From positions 744,001 to 808,000 of the forward strand of contig JBPGPT010000001.1 of assembly GCA_051047955.1 (NCBI GenBank): 64,000 bases of DNA. The letters run 5' to 3'. The position numbers and the translations under genes are program-made. This document shows positions 13,833-25,888 of the stretch, piece by piece (positions within the stretch are counted from its first letter, which is position 1; each line of letters starts with the position of its first letter). Source of the stretch: Cystobasidiomycetes sp. EMM_F5. Its lineage: Eukaryota. Under the pieces are notes generated by a model. The model had not been told where the DNA came from and did not search any database. It was given only the letters and a program-made list of their open reading frames with translations.

Positions 13833-16649
13833 TCACCAGGCTCGAGCAACGGCTATTAAGGCCGCAATCGAGCAGAGCAGGCTGATAGTGCCGGTAACAA
13901 CGGCACCAATGCGATTCGCCCTAACGTACTTGTCGAGTTGTGGCACAAGGGCCTGTCCATTAATGGCGACATTCGATCGGCCTCCAGACAAGCGAATCTG
14001 ATGGTAGACGTTGGCTTGACAAGCGCAAGATGTCGAAGTGCTGGAGCAGCGACATCTGATGCCTTTTACAGACTTATACTCGCCATCAATAGCCCGAAGA
14101 CACCAGCCTCCTACGAAGAAGCACCATGGGCCGAGCACGAATGCAGCAAAGAATAGGAGACGAGCAGGTTGCACATGATCGACACGGTTTCTCAGCTCAA
14201 AACGTTGCGATATCTGAGTTGGTTGCAGTAGAGGGCGATGATTTGAGGCATCGATGACGATGTTGGCGGGTGCTGATAGCGGCATGATGGCGCTATGCTC
14301 ATTAGAACGACGCACTGAGAAACGCGTGATGGTGGGCGGTGCCGATCCAGCAGACACTCGACGGCTGTTTTGTGGCAGAGCGAGCTCTTGTATGACCTCG
14401 ATCGCAACGTCATCCTGAGCCTGAACTACTGCACTCTGTGCCGCGTGATGCTCGTGACCATGACCACTGCTACTTCCCGCATCTTCGGAAGGAGTGGAAA
14501 AAGATAAGACCGGAAGAGTGGATTGTCGCCTCCGCGCCAGCTCGCCGTCCATGACGCTAATACCCAATCCGGTGTTCGGGCCAGGGCGCAACATTGCGCC
14601 GGTGATGACAGTAGATGCGCGACTAGTCGCTCCGAGTCGCGGAGGAGTGGAGGTATTGGAAATTCCATTGGTCGAATGCGATCCATCTGAATGAGCTTCT
14701 GCTGACGAAGCAGGGGAAGCAGATCGACCTTGGATTTGGCCTTGCGCTACTGACGCTGAGGCGTCTGGTGACGATTTCTGACCGTATTCGCCGATCGCCT
14801 CGTTTACGACCGAGGATGGACGGAAAGCGTTTCGGATAGAAGCAAACGGGAAGCGGAAGATGGATGAAGACCTTCGTGAGTGTCCTTTACTTGGTGCCTG
14901 CGGCGTAGCTGCTACTACCGCAGCATCTTGGCTTTGCAGCTGTTGCGGCGTGACAAAGGTAGGCTGTTCTGTTTCACCGATCACTTCCAATTTACTGTGT
15001 TCCCCGTCCTTTGTGAGTACCTCTGCCATACCATGCATCGATGCGCGACTATGTCGTCTATCGAAGTCTGCAGTACGAGGTGTAGGTATCTCATCGTTTG
15101 TCCGTGGACTGTTATATCCGCTAAAGTCTGGACTCAACGTTGGAGGCGCAGCTGGACTTCCTCCTTCAAAACCTTGCGGAAGTTCAGTTTGAGCCGGAGA
15201 GGCATCCGTTGATGCAGGGTGTACAAACGGCGCAACAGGCTGCACAAAGTCATGCGGTAATTGTACCGAAGGTCTGGGCGTGTCGGAATCGCGACTGCTT
15301 GGTCCTGGAGAATGCTGACCAGCAATCCATGGATGATCGAGGAGTGACATCAGCGGGAAACTAGGTCTTCTCCGTCGCAACAGTCTTGAGATGGCACCCT
15401 CGGATCGTGCGCCAGACGAATGAGAATCTCGATTATGATTTCTTGGATTTTCGACAAACGTCGCTAATTCAGCTGGGGAGAGTGGAGGTGTAGCTGCAAA
15501 CGACCATCCTTGCCCAACATCCTTGTAATCAAATGCAGGGTGGACGGAGTACTGGTTGCCGAGAGGAGCTACAAAGTCATCGGCGTGCGAGTAACGACTG
15601 GCCCGGTGCATGCCGCTTTGGCGAGGTGGAGATTGACGAAGATCGACAGCAGAACGAGATTGTCTCTTCTTGCCTGCTAATCTGTATCGTCTCATTGCTT
15701 CTTGCGCATCGTCTATTCCGCCAGAAGGTCCGGGCGTAGCCGCAATGTCAATACCGACGTGCCTGGGCGGAGTGGTCGCTGTTGCGTGGCCTACTGCATG
15801 GTCATTTGCTCGTCCTACCGCTGCCGCTGCAAGTTGTGCGTGCTGTCGATTCTGGGCAACTTCCAGATCCCAAGAGAGGTCCAGGTCGACATCATCTGAA
15901 GAATTTGAGCCTCCAGAGCAGGAAGTGTTGAGATCCGACGCATCCGTCCCGCCACTGACCACGTCTGTTCTCCGCTTGCCATCCTTTCTCTCGTTTTCTG
16001 ACCCAATGGCAGAAAAACTTCTCGACCTATAGCTCCAGCTTTGAGAAGTCTGTGATCGCAATTCTTGCGAAGAAGGCGGTCGAATTTGGCCGTAGCTTGA
16101 TATGGGATGCAATGCAGGGGTTGAAATGGCTGCCGCTGCAGAATTTAGGTACGGGAAACCCGGCAGTTGGGTCCCAAACACGCTGTTTAGACGAATGCGG
16201 TTTTGTGTTTTAGCAATAGGTATCTTGCCATGATTGTGTATATTTGCAAGCAGAGCTCCACCACTCGAGGTGCTCCTCCAGCTATCGCCTTTACGCTTTT
16301 CAACATTATCGGGACTTGCTTGGATATGAATGGTGGCATGGCCGCTGCCTCGAGACGAGGTAGATCCATAATTGTAGGACGAAGGATGGAGTTCAGCGGG
16401 ATTATAAGCATGGCCGGTCGAAGAATGCAGATCCATCGACCCGCCATATAGGTGATTCGAAGTGGCCGACTCAAAGGTCAGATCTGGGGAGGTCAGATCG
16501 TGCTGCACGCTGAGATGACCACTGCTGCTTGCAAGCTCATCAGAGGCATTGGAACTTTTGGGAGTGCGCAGAGAGCCAGCAGAGCGTGTTGACCGGAGTA
16601 GAACGCCCGAAGGCTGGTGTGAAGTCGAGGGTATAGCGAGGGTGTCCAT
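13833..16649 (-). CDS. Hypothetical 938-aa protein, disordered N-terminus with C-terminal membrane segments
   Basis: Long uninterrupted ATG-initiated ORF. C-terminus has LLFFAAFVLGPWCFFVGGW, a Cys cluster (CRC...CAC) and a terminal hydrophobic helix. Confidence 0.75.
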   Translation of the reverse strand: MDTLAIPSTSHQPSGVLLRSTRSAGSLRTPKSSNASDELASSSGHLSVQHDLTSPDLTFESATSNHLYGGSMDLHSSTGHAYNPAELHPSSYNYGSTSSRGSGHATIHIQASPDNVEKRKGDSWRSTSSGGALLANIHNHGKIPIAKTQNRIRLNSVFGTQLPGFPYLNSAAAAISTPALHPISSYGQIRPPSSQELRSQTSQSWSYRSRSFSAIGSENERKDGKRRTDVVSGGTDASDLNTSCSGGSNSSDDVDLDLSWDLEVAQNRQHAQLAAAAVGRANDHAVGHATATTPPRHVGIDIAATPGPSGGIDDAQEAMRRYRLAGKKRQSRSAVDLRQSPPRQSGMHRASRYSHADDFVAPLGNQYSVHPAFDYKDVGQGWSFAATPPLSPAELATFVENPRNHNRDSHSSGARSEGAISRLLRRRRPSFPLMSLLDHPWIAGQHSPGPSSRDSDTPRPSVQLPHDFVQPVAPFVHPASTDASPAQTELPQGFEGGSPAAPPTLSPDFSGYNSPRTNDEIPTPRTADFDRRHSRASMHGMAEVLTKDGEHSKLEVIGETEQPTFVTPQQLQSQDAAVVAATPQAPSKGHSRRSSSIFRFPFASIRNAFRPSSVVNEAIGEYGQKSSPDASASVAQGQIQGRSASPASSAEAHSDGSHSTNGISNTSTPPRLGATSRASTVITGAMLRPGPNTGLGISVMDGELARRRQSTLPVLSFSTPSEDAGSSSGHGHEHHAAQSAVVQAQDDVAIEVIQELALPQNSRRVSAGSAPPTITRFSVRRSNEHSAIMPLSAPANIVIDASNHRPLLQPTQISQRFELRNRVDHVQPARLLFFAAFVLGPWCFFVGGWCLRAIDGEYKSVKGIRCRCSSTSTSCACQANVYHQIRLSGGRSNVAINGQALVPQLDKYVRANRIGAVVTGTISLLCSIAALIAVARAW

Positions 16650-17442
16650 GGCAGACAGGATGGTTCAGATGTGGAAGAGAGTGTGTATATGTATGTGTTT
16701 GTGTAGTGCTGCTCACTCAATCCAAGTCAGTCCTGCGTTATGTTTCGCACAAATAGACCCACCCAAGCGAGAGCGAGCGCGAAGACTAGATTAGGAGATA
16801 AAGAGCGTGGATTGTAGCGAGTGTGGGTATCGAGCCTCGAAGGCAGTCGCCGTCTATTTGACTCCAGCTTGAACAATGGCAGGTCTGTTTTATTTCCTGC
16901 CAGCCGCTCGAGGAAAGGCGGGTCGGCAGAGGCTGACCAGGTTATGCGGCAGTGGGAGTCGCAGCAGTCATGCCATGTCTTCAGACTGCACATCCATCCG
17001 AGAATGCAGCGCTCATGTTGGTATTTGCCAGCAAAGTCAAAATCATCGGTGCATAGTCCCGACGAAAACGGAGGGTCAGAGCTTGCAGTGCATCGACTGC
17101 GGGTGAACAGGCTACGGAGGGGAAGCCATTGGGCTTGGAGTACGAATAAAACTTTGTATATGCGTACGAAAGCTCGAGAGCTGTCTGCTTTCAATGCATA
17201 GCCTGCCCATGAATATTCAAGTCTAAACTTTCGCAACTACTGCAGGCGTTGCTTGAACGAAGTCCCACAGCCCAGTCCCCCAATCTTACTGATACACTCT
17301 ACAGCGCTTACCCTGTCTATGCTGCGACTGCACCTCGCACCTTCCCATCTCGCTGTGCCCACCCTCGCCTTCGCATAAAGTGGTTTGTTTGGACAACTGA
17401 AGCGAAGACGCGTCGACATCACGTGACGCGAGACGGGAGAAA

Positions 17443-19097
17443 CTACATGACAAACAGTAAATTTGTATCGACGGGATGGGACGAGCTCATCTGCGGCTTC
17501 TGCGAGTAGCGTGACGCGAGTTCAGCGCGAATGGAAAGTAGAAGCTGGATGTAAGATTCTGTGGGATTATAGAGAATAATCAGCCTATTTGCGCCCGTTC
17601 CCCGCATCTCCTGCTCGCATGCAGGACTCACGCTGCGGATATTTCGTTAGGGCCGTCAAGAATGCCCAGCTCATCGCTCCTGTAGCCTGACCTGCCTCGG
17701 ACGCGTCTGCAGACGTTTGATCGTCTTTACATCCCGAAAACATAAGCACGTCTGCCGGGCTGAAGTTCATTCTCCGGGCTTGCTCTATGGCTTGCTGATC
17801 GTTATTGTGCATAAATTTCCTGCCAGCCCCAAAGAGTGACGTGACAGCACCAAAGACGTCGCCCCGTAAATAGTCTTCAGCAGCAGTCATGGCTCCACTT
17901 CCTGCTTGTTGCCAAACGTTTGGCTGCTTAATGTTGCCAGTATGGTCATATATGTACGGCAGGTCCATTGCTGTCCCCGAGTGACAGGCTGAAAAAGCTG
18001 AATGTCAGTATCTCCGCTTCATTGACGAGCATGGATTACCTTACAATCGAGAATGGCAGTCAATCTGCACCCTGCCGGAAGGGGTGCAACGAGAAGAGCA
18101 TGTAGCTCATCATCTATGATTTGTCCTGCCTGTTCGAAATCGACAGGACAGATTGTATCGTCGTATCCCGACTCTTCCTCTGGGTTGGCAGACTGGCCTC
18201 CGTGACCTGAATAATGAAAGAATAGCGCATCGTTGGGTCTCGCATCTCCAACGAGCCACTGCATCGCTTCTTCCATGTTCCTCCTCGTCGGCTGTTGGCG
18301 ATAACCGAAATTCGGATCGTCGAGTAGAATGACCATGTCCTCTTCTGCATACCCGTATCGCTGTCGCAGGAAAGTCGATACATTTCGAACGTCATTATGA
18401 CACCCTCGAAGCTCGTTGCGTGAGCCGACATAATTTATACCGATAAAGAGCGCTTTCTTGCGACCGCTTAGATCTGAATACCGATAGTAGAAGGGATCCT
18501 GCGGAGGCGGCCCAGGTGGAGGCTGGAAATGTACAGGGCGACCGTCTTGGATCTGTGAAGGAGGAGCCTGTTGGGCGTATAGAGCGGCATTTGGCGAACC
18601 GTATTCTGCGAAATGAGGCGTGTGTCAGGCTGATGAAGCGCAATCTGGTGTAAGAGACTAGGTCCTTACGCTGAGGCGGAGGTCCAGGAGCTAGATTGAC
18701 GCCCCCAAGTCAGTGAGTAGCCATACAGGACCTCTATACATTCAGAAAGCGCGTATCGACGCACGCGGTGCATGTTGAGCGGGAGGATCTTGGTAAATTG
18801 GAACAATTAGGTCATTGACTAGTCAGAGCGTTAGACGACTCACATGGTCTATAAGGTGCATCCGGACCAGGCTGAACATGCGAATAAACAACATCGACAA
18901 TAGTTAGTTGCGCGTCGGCTCTTCGGTAGGAGTCGAGTGTGCGATATATCGGAGGCAGTGTCACGTTTCTTGGCGGTACAAAGACTCACCTCTACTTGGT
19001 TTGAATGCACAGTCGGGCTTCCGTTCCAGCCGGGAGGAGGACCTTGAGGGATCCAGTTGGGAGGAGGACCAGGCGGAGGAGGGTGATATTGAGTCAT
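17443..19097 (-). CDS. MCA1: Type I metacaspase
   Basis: Pro/Gly-rich prodomain, [18 protein letters not shown] (catalytic His), ILDS|CHSG (catalytic Cys, across an intron), [12 protein letters not shown] and C-terminal [19 protein letters not shown]. Confidence 0.95.
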
Positions 19098-19467
19098 ACT
19101 TTCGATGATGGTACATGTGTAATGGGTTGTAAACCTATAAAAAACAACGTGACAGGTCGACAGGTCGAGACGCAGGAATTCAATCTATTTTGGGAATGAC
19201 AGTGAGCGCGGTCGCGGCGATTCCCAGTGCTGGCAAAACTTCAGCGCAGACTGCGGTAAATGAGATGATGTTGCATCAACAGTAAAGAGTCATAGCGCTG
19301 ACAACAAAGACTGGCTGCAGACTAGACTGCTATCTCCTAGAGAGGCAGGCAGACAAGGCGCCGGTACAGTCGCGAGACATAGTAGAGAAGGATCGAAAGC
19401 AAGTACGCAGTGAGACAGCATACTTGTCGGTGGAAGCCGGAAGCTAACCAAAAGTAATGCTCGAAGT

Positions 19468-20140
19468 CTATACCTGTGACGGGGGCAAGGAATTAGATTG
19501 CGTGACGGCACTGCGGTCATAAAGCCGTCTTACCTCCTGGGAAGCAGCACCCTTGCCGCCAGACTTGCCCTTTCCTCCACCTCGTGGAGCATCCTCGGAA
19601 GTCTTGGCTGGGAGCAGCTCTTGGTGAATGCTAGAGGCAATTCAAAGAAAGTCAGTAATCGGAAGGATTGGGAATGCTAGATGGACTGACTTTGGCAAGA
19701 CACCACCTTGGGAGATGGTAACGTGACCGAGGAGCTTGTTGAGTTCCTCGTCGTTTCGGATGGCGAGTTGCAAGTGACGGGGAATGATACGCGACTTCTT
19801 GTTGTCACGGGCGGCTGTACCCAGAATCAGCGACTGGTGGGAGAAAATCAGGGTACGCAACTCACCGTTACCAGCCAACTCGAGGATCTCGGCCGCGAGG
19901 TATTCGAGGACAGCGGCAAGGTAGACTGCACAAGATGTCATTGTTAGCCATACTCAAACTAAGACCCGAGATTGTGCACACACCTGGTGCACCGGCACCG
20001 ATACGCTGAGCGTAGTTGCCCTTCCTCAACATACGATGGATACGACCGACTGGGAATTGGAGGCCAGCCTTTGACGATCTCGACTGCTGAGCCTTGGACG
20101 CATCTCCAGCCGCTGCTGCTTTTCCACCTTTTCCAGACAT
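19468..20140 (-). CDS. HTA1: Histone H2A with H2A.X-type SQEV C-terminus, 4 introns
   Basis: [57 protein letters not shown], and the tail ...GAASQE|V-stop. Confidence 0.97.
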
Positions 20141-20642
20141 GGTTGGTTGATGAGTTGATGGAGTTTGAGATGTGAGTATAAGAGAGTACTTGGTGTAACT
20201 TAACCGGAGCAGAGGCAAGCGCAGGCGTCTTTGAGCGCAGTCAAGCAATCTGTATGGCCGTAGGATGGACGCGATCGAGAATTTGCCACAATTTAGCAGC
20301 ACGCAATCAGGCAGTAAACAAGTGTTTAAAGGATGAATTGTAATGAAAGGAGATGCTGGCATTTGAATTGTAATGAGCTTGTTAGGCATGTTCGAACATC
20401 AGTATTAGACTGGAATGGAATGCTCGGTAAAAATGGTAAACAATCAACCCGCGTGCTGCAGTGGCGAAGGGATCGGGAATGAAACAGCTCCAAAGCTCTG
20501 ACAAGTTGCAAACGCACCTTGCCTCTGCTCTCTCCACGCGCAATATCTCTTTGAATTTGCCTCAAGTTTAAGGTGAGTACCTTGACTACATATGCCGTAG
20601 CCTGCGTCTTGTGCTGATTGGCCCGTAGACTACATCACTACA

Positions 20643-21225
20643 ATGGCTCCTAAACCAGCATCCAAGGCTCCCGCTTCCACTGGAGGCAAGGCACCAGCCT
20701 CTACCGGCGGCAAAGCTGCCAGTCAGTCTGCTTACCCTACCCCGCTTGTGGATTTACCGCAGCTGACGGCCCGCACCAACGCGCTACCTTTGCAGAGTCT
20801 ACCGGCGGCAAGGCAGGCAAGAAGGCCACAAAGAAGACTTCTGCCTCGACTGGCGGTGACGCCGACAAGAAGAAGCGCAAGAAGAAGCGTACCGAGACTT
20901 ACTCTACCTACATTTACAAGGTCCTCAAGCAGGTCCACCCCGATACCGGTATCTCCAACAAGGCCATGTTGATCTTGAAGTGGGTGCTCATTTCTCATCA
21001 TGACTCTTTACATGCTGACACGACGTCTATCGCAGCTCCTTTGTCAACGACATTTTCGAGCGCATTGCGTCCGAGGCCTCCAAGCTCGCTTCGTACAACA
21101 AGAAGTCGACCATCTCATCCCGAGAGATTCAGACTGCCGTACGCCTCATCCTTCCAGGCGAACTTGCCAAGCACGCCATCTCTGAGGGCACCAAGGGTGT
21201 CACCAAGTACTCTTCTACCAAGTAA
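20643..21225 (+). CDS. HTB1: Histone H2B, divergent from H2A; probable 5' UTR intron near 20573-20628
   Basis: [62 protein letters not shown] at 21223-21225. Confidence 0.97.
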
Positions 21226-21689
21226 TTGGGTACTCTGACTAGACACCCCCGCAAGCCTTTACACGCTGCAAACCATGACTTGGTCGTCGTGCGATATGAC
21301 GTCAAGCTATCTTCGCCTTTCTCTCACTTCGGCAGTGGTGTAGCTGTCCTTACCAGCGTATTCAGGTCTCTCGCTTTCCTGTACTGCGTAGAGGAGCGCC
21401 TCCACTGTTGTCCATTTACTGCCCAAACACTTTACTGGATGATTGAACTGGCTTTGAGTTTGATGGTGCTTGTCTCGCGCTCTGCTCGCACAGAGAGTGT
21501 GCTCTTTTGACTCTTTTAGCGTTTGCAAGACTAGCTTGCCGTTCCAAACACCACTTTACGCGGTTGCGCCTCCCATGTTTATTTTGCTTTGACCAGCTCC
21601 CGCTCTCGTTGGCGCCCCACTGACTATCACGACTACCGCTGATAGTGCTGCTCTTGACCGACGCCAGAGTATACGCCTCCCATGCCATA

Positions 21690-24600
21690 ATGAACGGCGC
21701 CGTCGACTTGTCGCACGTACGGTACTTTATCGACACGAGCGTCCCAGCAAAGATCCAGCCTCAGGTGGGCGTGAAGCTGGCCATTACAGCTCAAGTGTTG
21801 GCGCTGACTGCAGTCCACGCAGCTCGAAGAGATCCTGCAGTCCTACTCTGCGCTTCCGTGCAGCGGCATCAATCCAAACAATGTCCAACCAGGCGCAGAA
21901 AGCAATACTGCAAGCAATTCACAACCGGCAACATTTCCTGAATTTGACATCAACGCAATCACGCACATCATCACAAACTCCGCAACATATCCTGGGCACA
22001 CGCGCGTGCAAACGTACAATTCTAGGGTACTGGACAACTACAAGTCCAATCCAGAACAACAGCAGGAACCACGGCCTAGTACGGCCCCGCTAGCTGCCGG
22101 ACAGAGGGGTGCATGTATTGCGGTTGTTACTGTAAGTTTACGCGCTGATTGTGCAGATTACCATTCACTTACCCTGTGCCCTCTCCTCCGCACCGTTAAA
22201 CACTATAAAACACACTCGATTGAACTGTCCGTCCAGCCGAGATGGGTGACGCGGACACTGGATCTTCGTACAAGACAGGATGAGCAGTTTTACTCACCAG
22301 AACCTGGAATGATCTTTTCCGGCGTAGTAGCATGCACAGAAGATTTGCCGCCAGGTGATTCAGAAGCCATCAAGGGCGTCATTGCCGCGTTCGGGGGACA
22401 ATGGAGGCAGAATCTCGTCATTGAAGTCACCCATCTCTTTTGCACAAAACCCAGTGGGGTAAGTCGCCATTCACAGCTTCTCCAGTGATGAATACAAGCT
22501 GATTTGCGTGGATAAACAGAGAAAGTTCGATAGAGTAATGCAAAGTGGCTACAGGCTGGGAATGAAGGCGGTACTACCACATTGGTGAGGCCTTGACAAT
22601 CGTGCTAGCTCGCTTTAAAGCTAAAACATCAGGCTCTCAGGTTTGATGACTGCGTCAAGCTGAGGTACCGTCTGCAGGAGGATGATTACCTGTTCCCCAA
22701 TCCGCCTGTACTCTCTCAAACCTTACTTCAAGGTCAACAGCCCACCTACTTTGAGCGACTGCAGGCCTATTTGCATCTTCCACCCTTTACACACCTTCCC
22801 TGTCAAACGAGCAGACTACTCGAATCTCGGCGGGCGTCTATCGAAGACACGCGCGAGTATGTAAATGCCTTGAACATACGGGACAATGATATGGGGAGTC
22901 AAGTCATGACTTCAACGCCCAATGGCTTACAGGGTCGCCTTCGTGGTCGCAGAATCTACATTGCAGAGTCGTGCGGATTAACGCAGCAGCGCATTCAAAC
23001 GTTCTGGGACAGCATTAGACTTGCTGGTGGTCATCTTATTCAGGCCGCCACTATTCGCGATAGATTGAAGGCGATCCAGCAAGCACATTATGTCGTCACC
23101 CGTTATCGCGCTGGATGGGAATACTGGAAGGTTGGCAATTTGTACTTTCCCTGTGACATCACGCACTGTTAACCTTTTCTGCAGGCTTTTGACATGCAAA
23201 AGGAGATCGGAAGCATAGATTGGCTGGTATTTGTACTGTTCGGAGCTGCCGGCCAACAGCCTGCTGTGCCTGCTCCAAATGGTCGCCTTTTGCACTATCC
23301 TCTACCGCAAACACACGTTCCAGCTTTCGTCAATACCATCATCACCGTCTCGGGCTACGCCGGACCTACGCGTGACGCGCTTAAACGAATGATTGAAATG
23401 CTGGGCGGAAGTTTCGAGGGCAACATGACCAAAAACAAGACTTCCATAGTCGTGGCTGCAACTTACTCGGGTAGTAAAGTATCACATGCTCAGGCTTGGG
23501 GAATACCAGTAGTCAATCACACTTGGGTTGAAGACTGCTTCGCCTCGTGGAAGTACTGCCAAGTAGCTGTTCCTCAATACACCGATTTTACTGCTGGACA
23601 GAATACCTTTTCCTACAATGATTTTGTAGGAGCGCGAGGCTTGTCGCCAAAAGTCATTCTTGACTGGTCAATGAGGCCAGATGTTATGGCGGAGAAGGCG
23701 AACGCTTTCGCAGTGCTTTCCCGTCTGTGGACTGATACACCCGACGATATCGACGACGACATGCCAGATGGATCTCCTCTCGGATCTGCGGGCACGCTTC
23801 CAACTCTCCCAAGTAATACAGCTAGTACGGCTGCAACCCCTCCAAGACCCACCGCATATCGGGCAGCAGATTCGACCGTGACGCTCACTTCTCGTGCCGC
23901 TGCTACCCCTTCGCGGCCCATCGCACGTACAGTTGCTTCGACCACAACGCTAGACTCTCGTAGAGCTGGTAGCACCATCGGCCGAGATGACGTATCCACC
24001 ACCGCTGCAGATAGTCCCGCGCCGGCTCCCACACCGGCTCCACCTTCCAAACCTTTGCACACTGCTGCAGCGCAGTCGCGGGGAACTCCTGATTCTTCTC
24101 TTGCGCAACATCCCAGCAAAGTTAGTCAAGTCATGGAGACCATGGATTCTGCTATGGATGTAGACCAACCCACAGCCCCACAAGCCAGCGAGGATCGTCG
24201 CGAAGAAGCGGAGAACGTAGCAGCCGCGCTTATAGAAAAGCCCAAGCCGACCTTGAAGAGGAAGGCACCACCTTCACCGCCTGCGCCAGCGACTCCGACA
24301 CCGACTAAAGCGCGGACCTATGCCCCTTCGACGGTCACACCGCTTGATCCAAAGTCTGGTCCGCCACCGACGCAGGGCATTGCAGGGAAGGGCAAGCGCA
24401 AGTCTGAGCTCGACAATCTCAGACTCGATGGTCCCAACGACGTATCGAGGACGTGGAGTGGACGGAAAGCAGCTGAAAATGCAGCACAAAAGCTACGGGA
24501 TGTCATCATGCCAGACGTTAATGCTTATGCTGCTGAAAGGAACGGAGGTGGTAAAAAGCGATTAGACCAGATGTTTGGTGCGAGAGACGACACGCGGCAT

Positions 24601-25739
24601 AGCTCGGGCCAAAAACCGCCTGCTCAGAACCCAGGCAAAATTCGAAACTCGCACAGCGCATCCACCGAAGAGAGCGACGACAGCGATGTCGAAGCGTCCA
24701 AGGCGAATACTAGCTATTCTGCTTTGCCAAAACCCACCCAGAGTATTCGGTTCGCTGAAACTTCGACAAGCTCTGCTGCAATCGCTCCTACTCAAAAATC
24801 AGCAAAGGGACGTGCTCAGCAATTGAAGCGCGACAGTATCCCGGAGGCTTCGAAATCCTCGCAGCCAGCGAATAAGTGAGTGATGATCTGTCCTTGACTA
24901 TCGTAAGCTTAACCTCTTCCGGCGAAGAACAAAATCCAGCCTTCCTCCGTCGAAATCGAAAGTGATGCTAACCGGTCAGACAGTCAAGATTGCGACGACC
25001 GGTGTGGCTCTCGAGGATGACATCCGCCGCGTATGTCAACGAAGTTGCTTGTGCACGTGGATACGTCAGCTGAATGGTCAACAGGCACTGACGAACAAGC
25101 TTGGAGCAAGGCTCCTTGACGAGAAGCTTGACGGCGTCACTCATATTATCGTCAAGAACATCTCGAGGACCGTCAAGTTCCTCGCTGCTATTTCATATGG
25201 TGCATACTTTGTGACCGAGCAATGGGCTATCGATTCCATTAGGTACAACCAATTCTTGGGTGCGCATTTCTATTCATGTTTGCCTGAGATACTCGACTAA
25301 CGCAAAAGAACGCAGACGAAGACAAGTATATGCTCCGCGACAGAGAGGGCGAGGAAAAACACTCTATGGATCTCGCACGGTCCCTGGTCAGAGCCCGCCG
25401 TAGCAAGATTTTCGATGACCATACCTTCTACATCACCGCAGGCGTACAACCGCCATTCGAATCGCTCAAAACTATCGCGGAAGCTGGAGGAGCTAAGGTG
25501 GGTCGCTTCGAGCGAAACCTTAGCTTGCGTCGCTTATTTCAACCATCACACAGGTTCTCCGAAAGCTGCCATCGGCAAAGCACATGCAAGATCGAGCGGA
25601 CGCGCATGTTATTTCGTCGCTAGACGAACGTAGTCTATGGGAGAGTCTATCAAGCCACCACGTCCCGATCTACAGCGGAGAGGCAATAATCCGTGCAGTC
25701 CTGCGTCAAGAAATGGACTTCGAGAAGTACACCTTGTAA
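21690..25739 (+). CDS. Multi-BRCT DNA-damage scaffold (Brc1/Rtt107/PTIP-like)
   Basis: N-terminal BRCT repeats (YSPEPGMIFSGVVAC...FGGQW...VTHL; ITVSGYAG...IEMLGG...VVNHTWVEDCF), a disordered linker, then a C-terminal tandem BRCT pair (VTHIIV..ISRTVKFL..FVTEQW; FYIT..V.P..LK.IAEAGGA). Confidence 0.85.
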
Positions 25740-25888
25740 ACGGATGGGGCTAATTCATACGCCAGCAATGTCCGAGTCTTACTGTCAGTCGGGATAACAG
25801 TAACAGTACATTCGTTGCGTCTGTTAGTTGTAGCATCAACACACATCTACTGCTCCTACTGTATCTCACATTCCATCGATGTCTCCCC

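Noticed and set aside
17408..17430. Cluster of ACGCGT and palindromic TCACGTGA
   Set aside because: Lies right at the MCA1 3' end, about 760 nt from the next start codon. Short motifs with no independent support.
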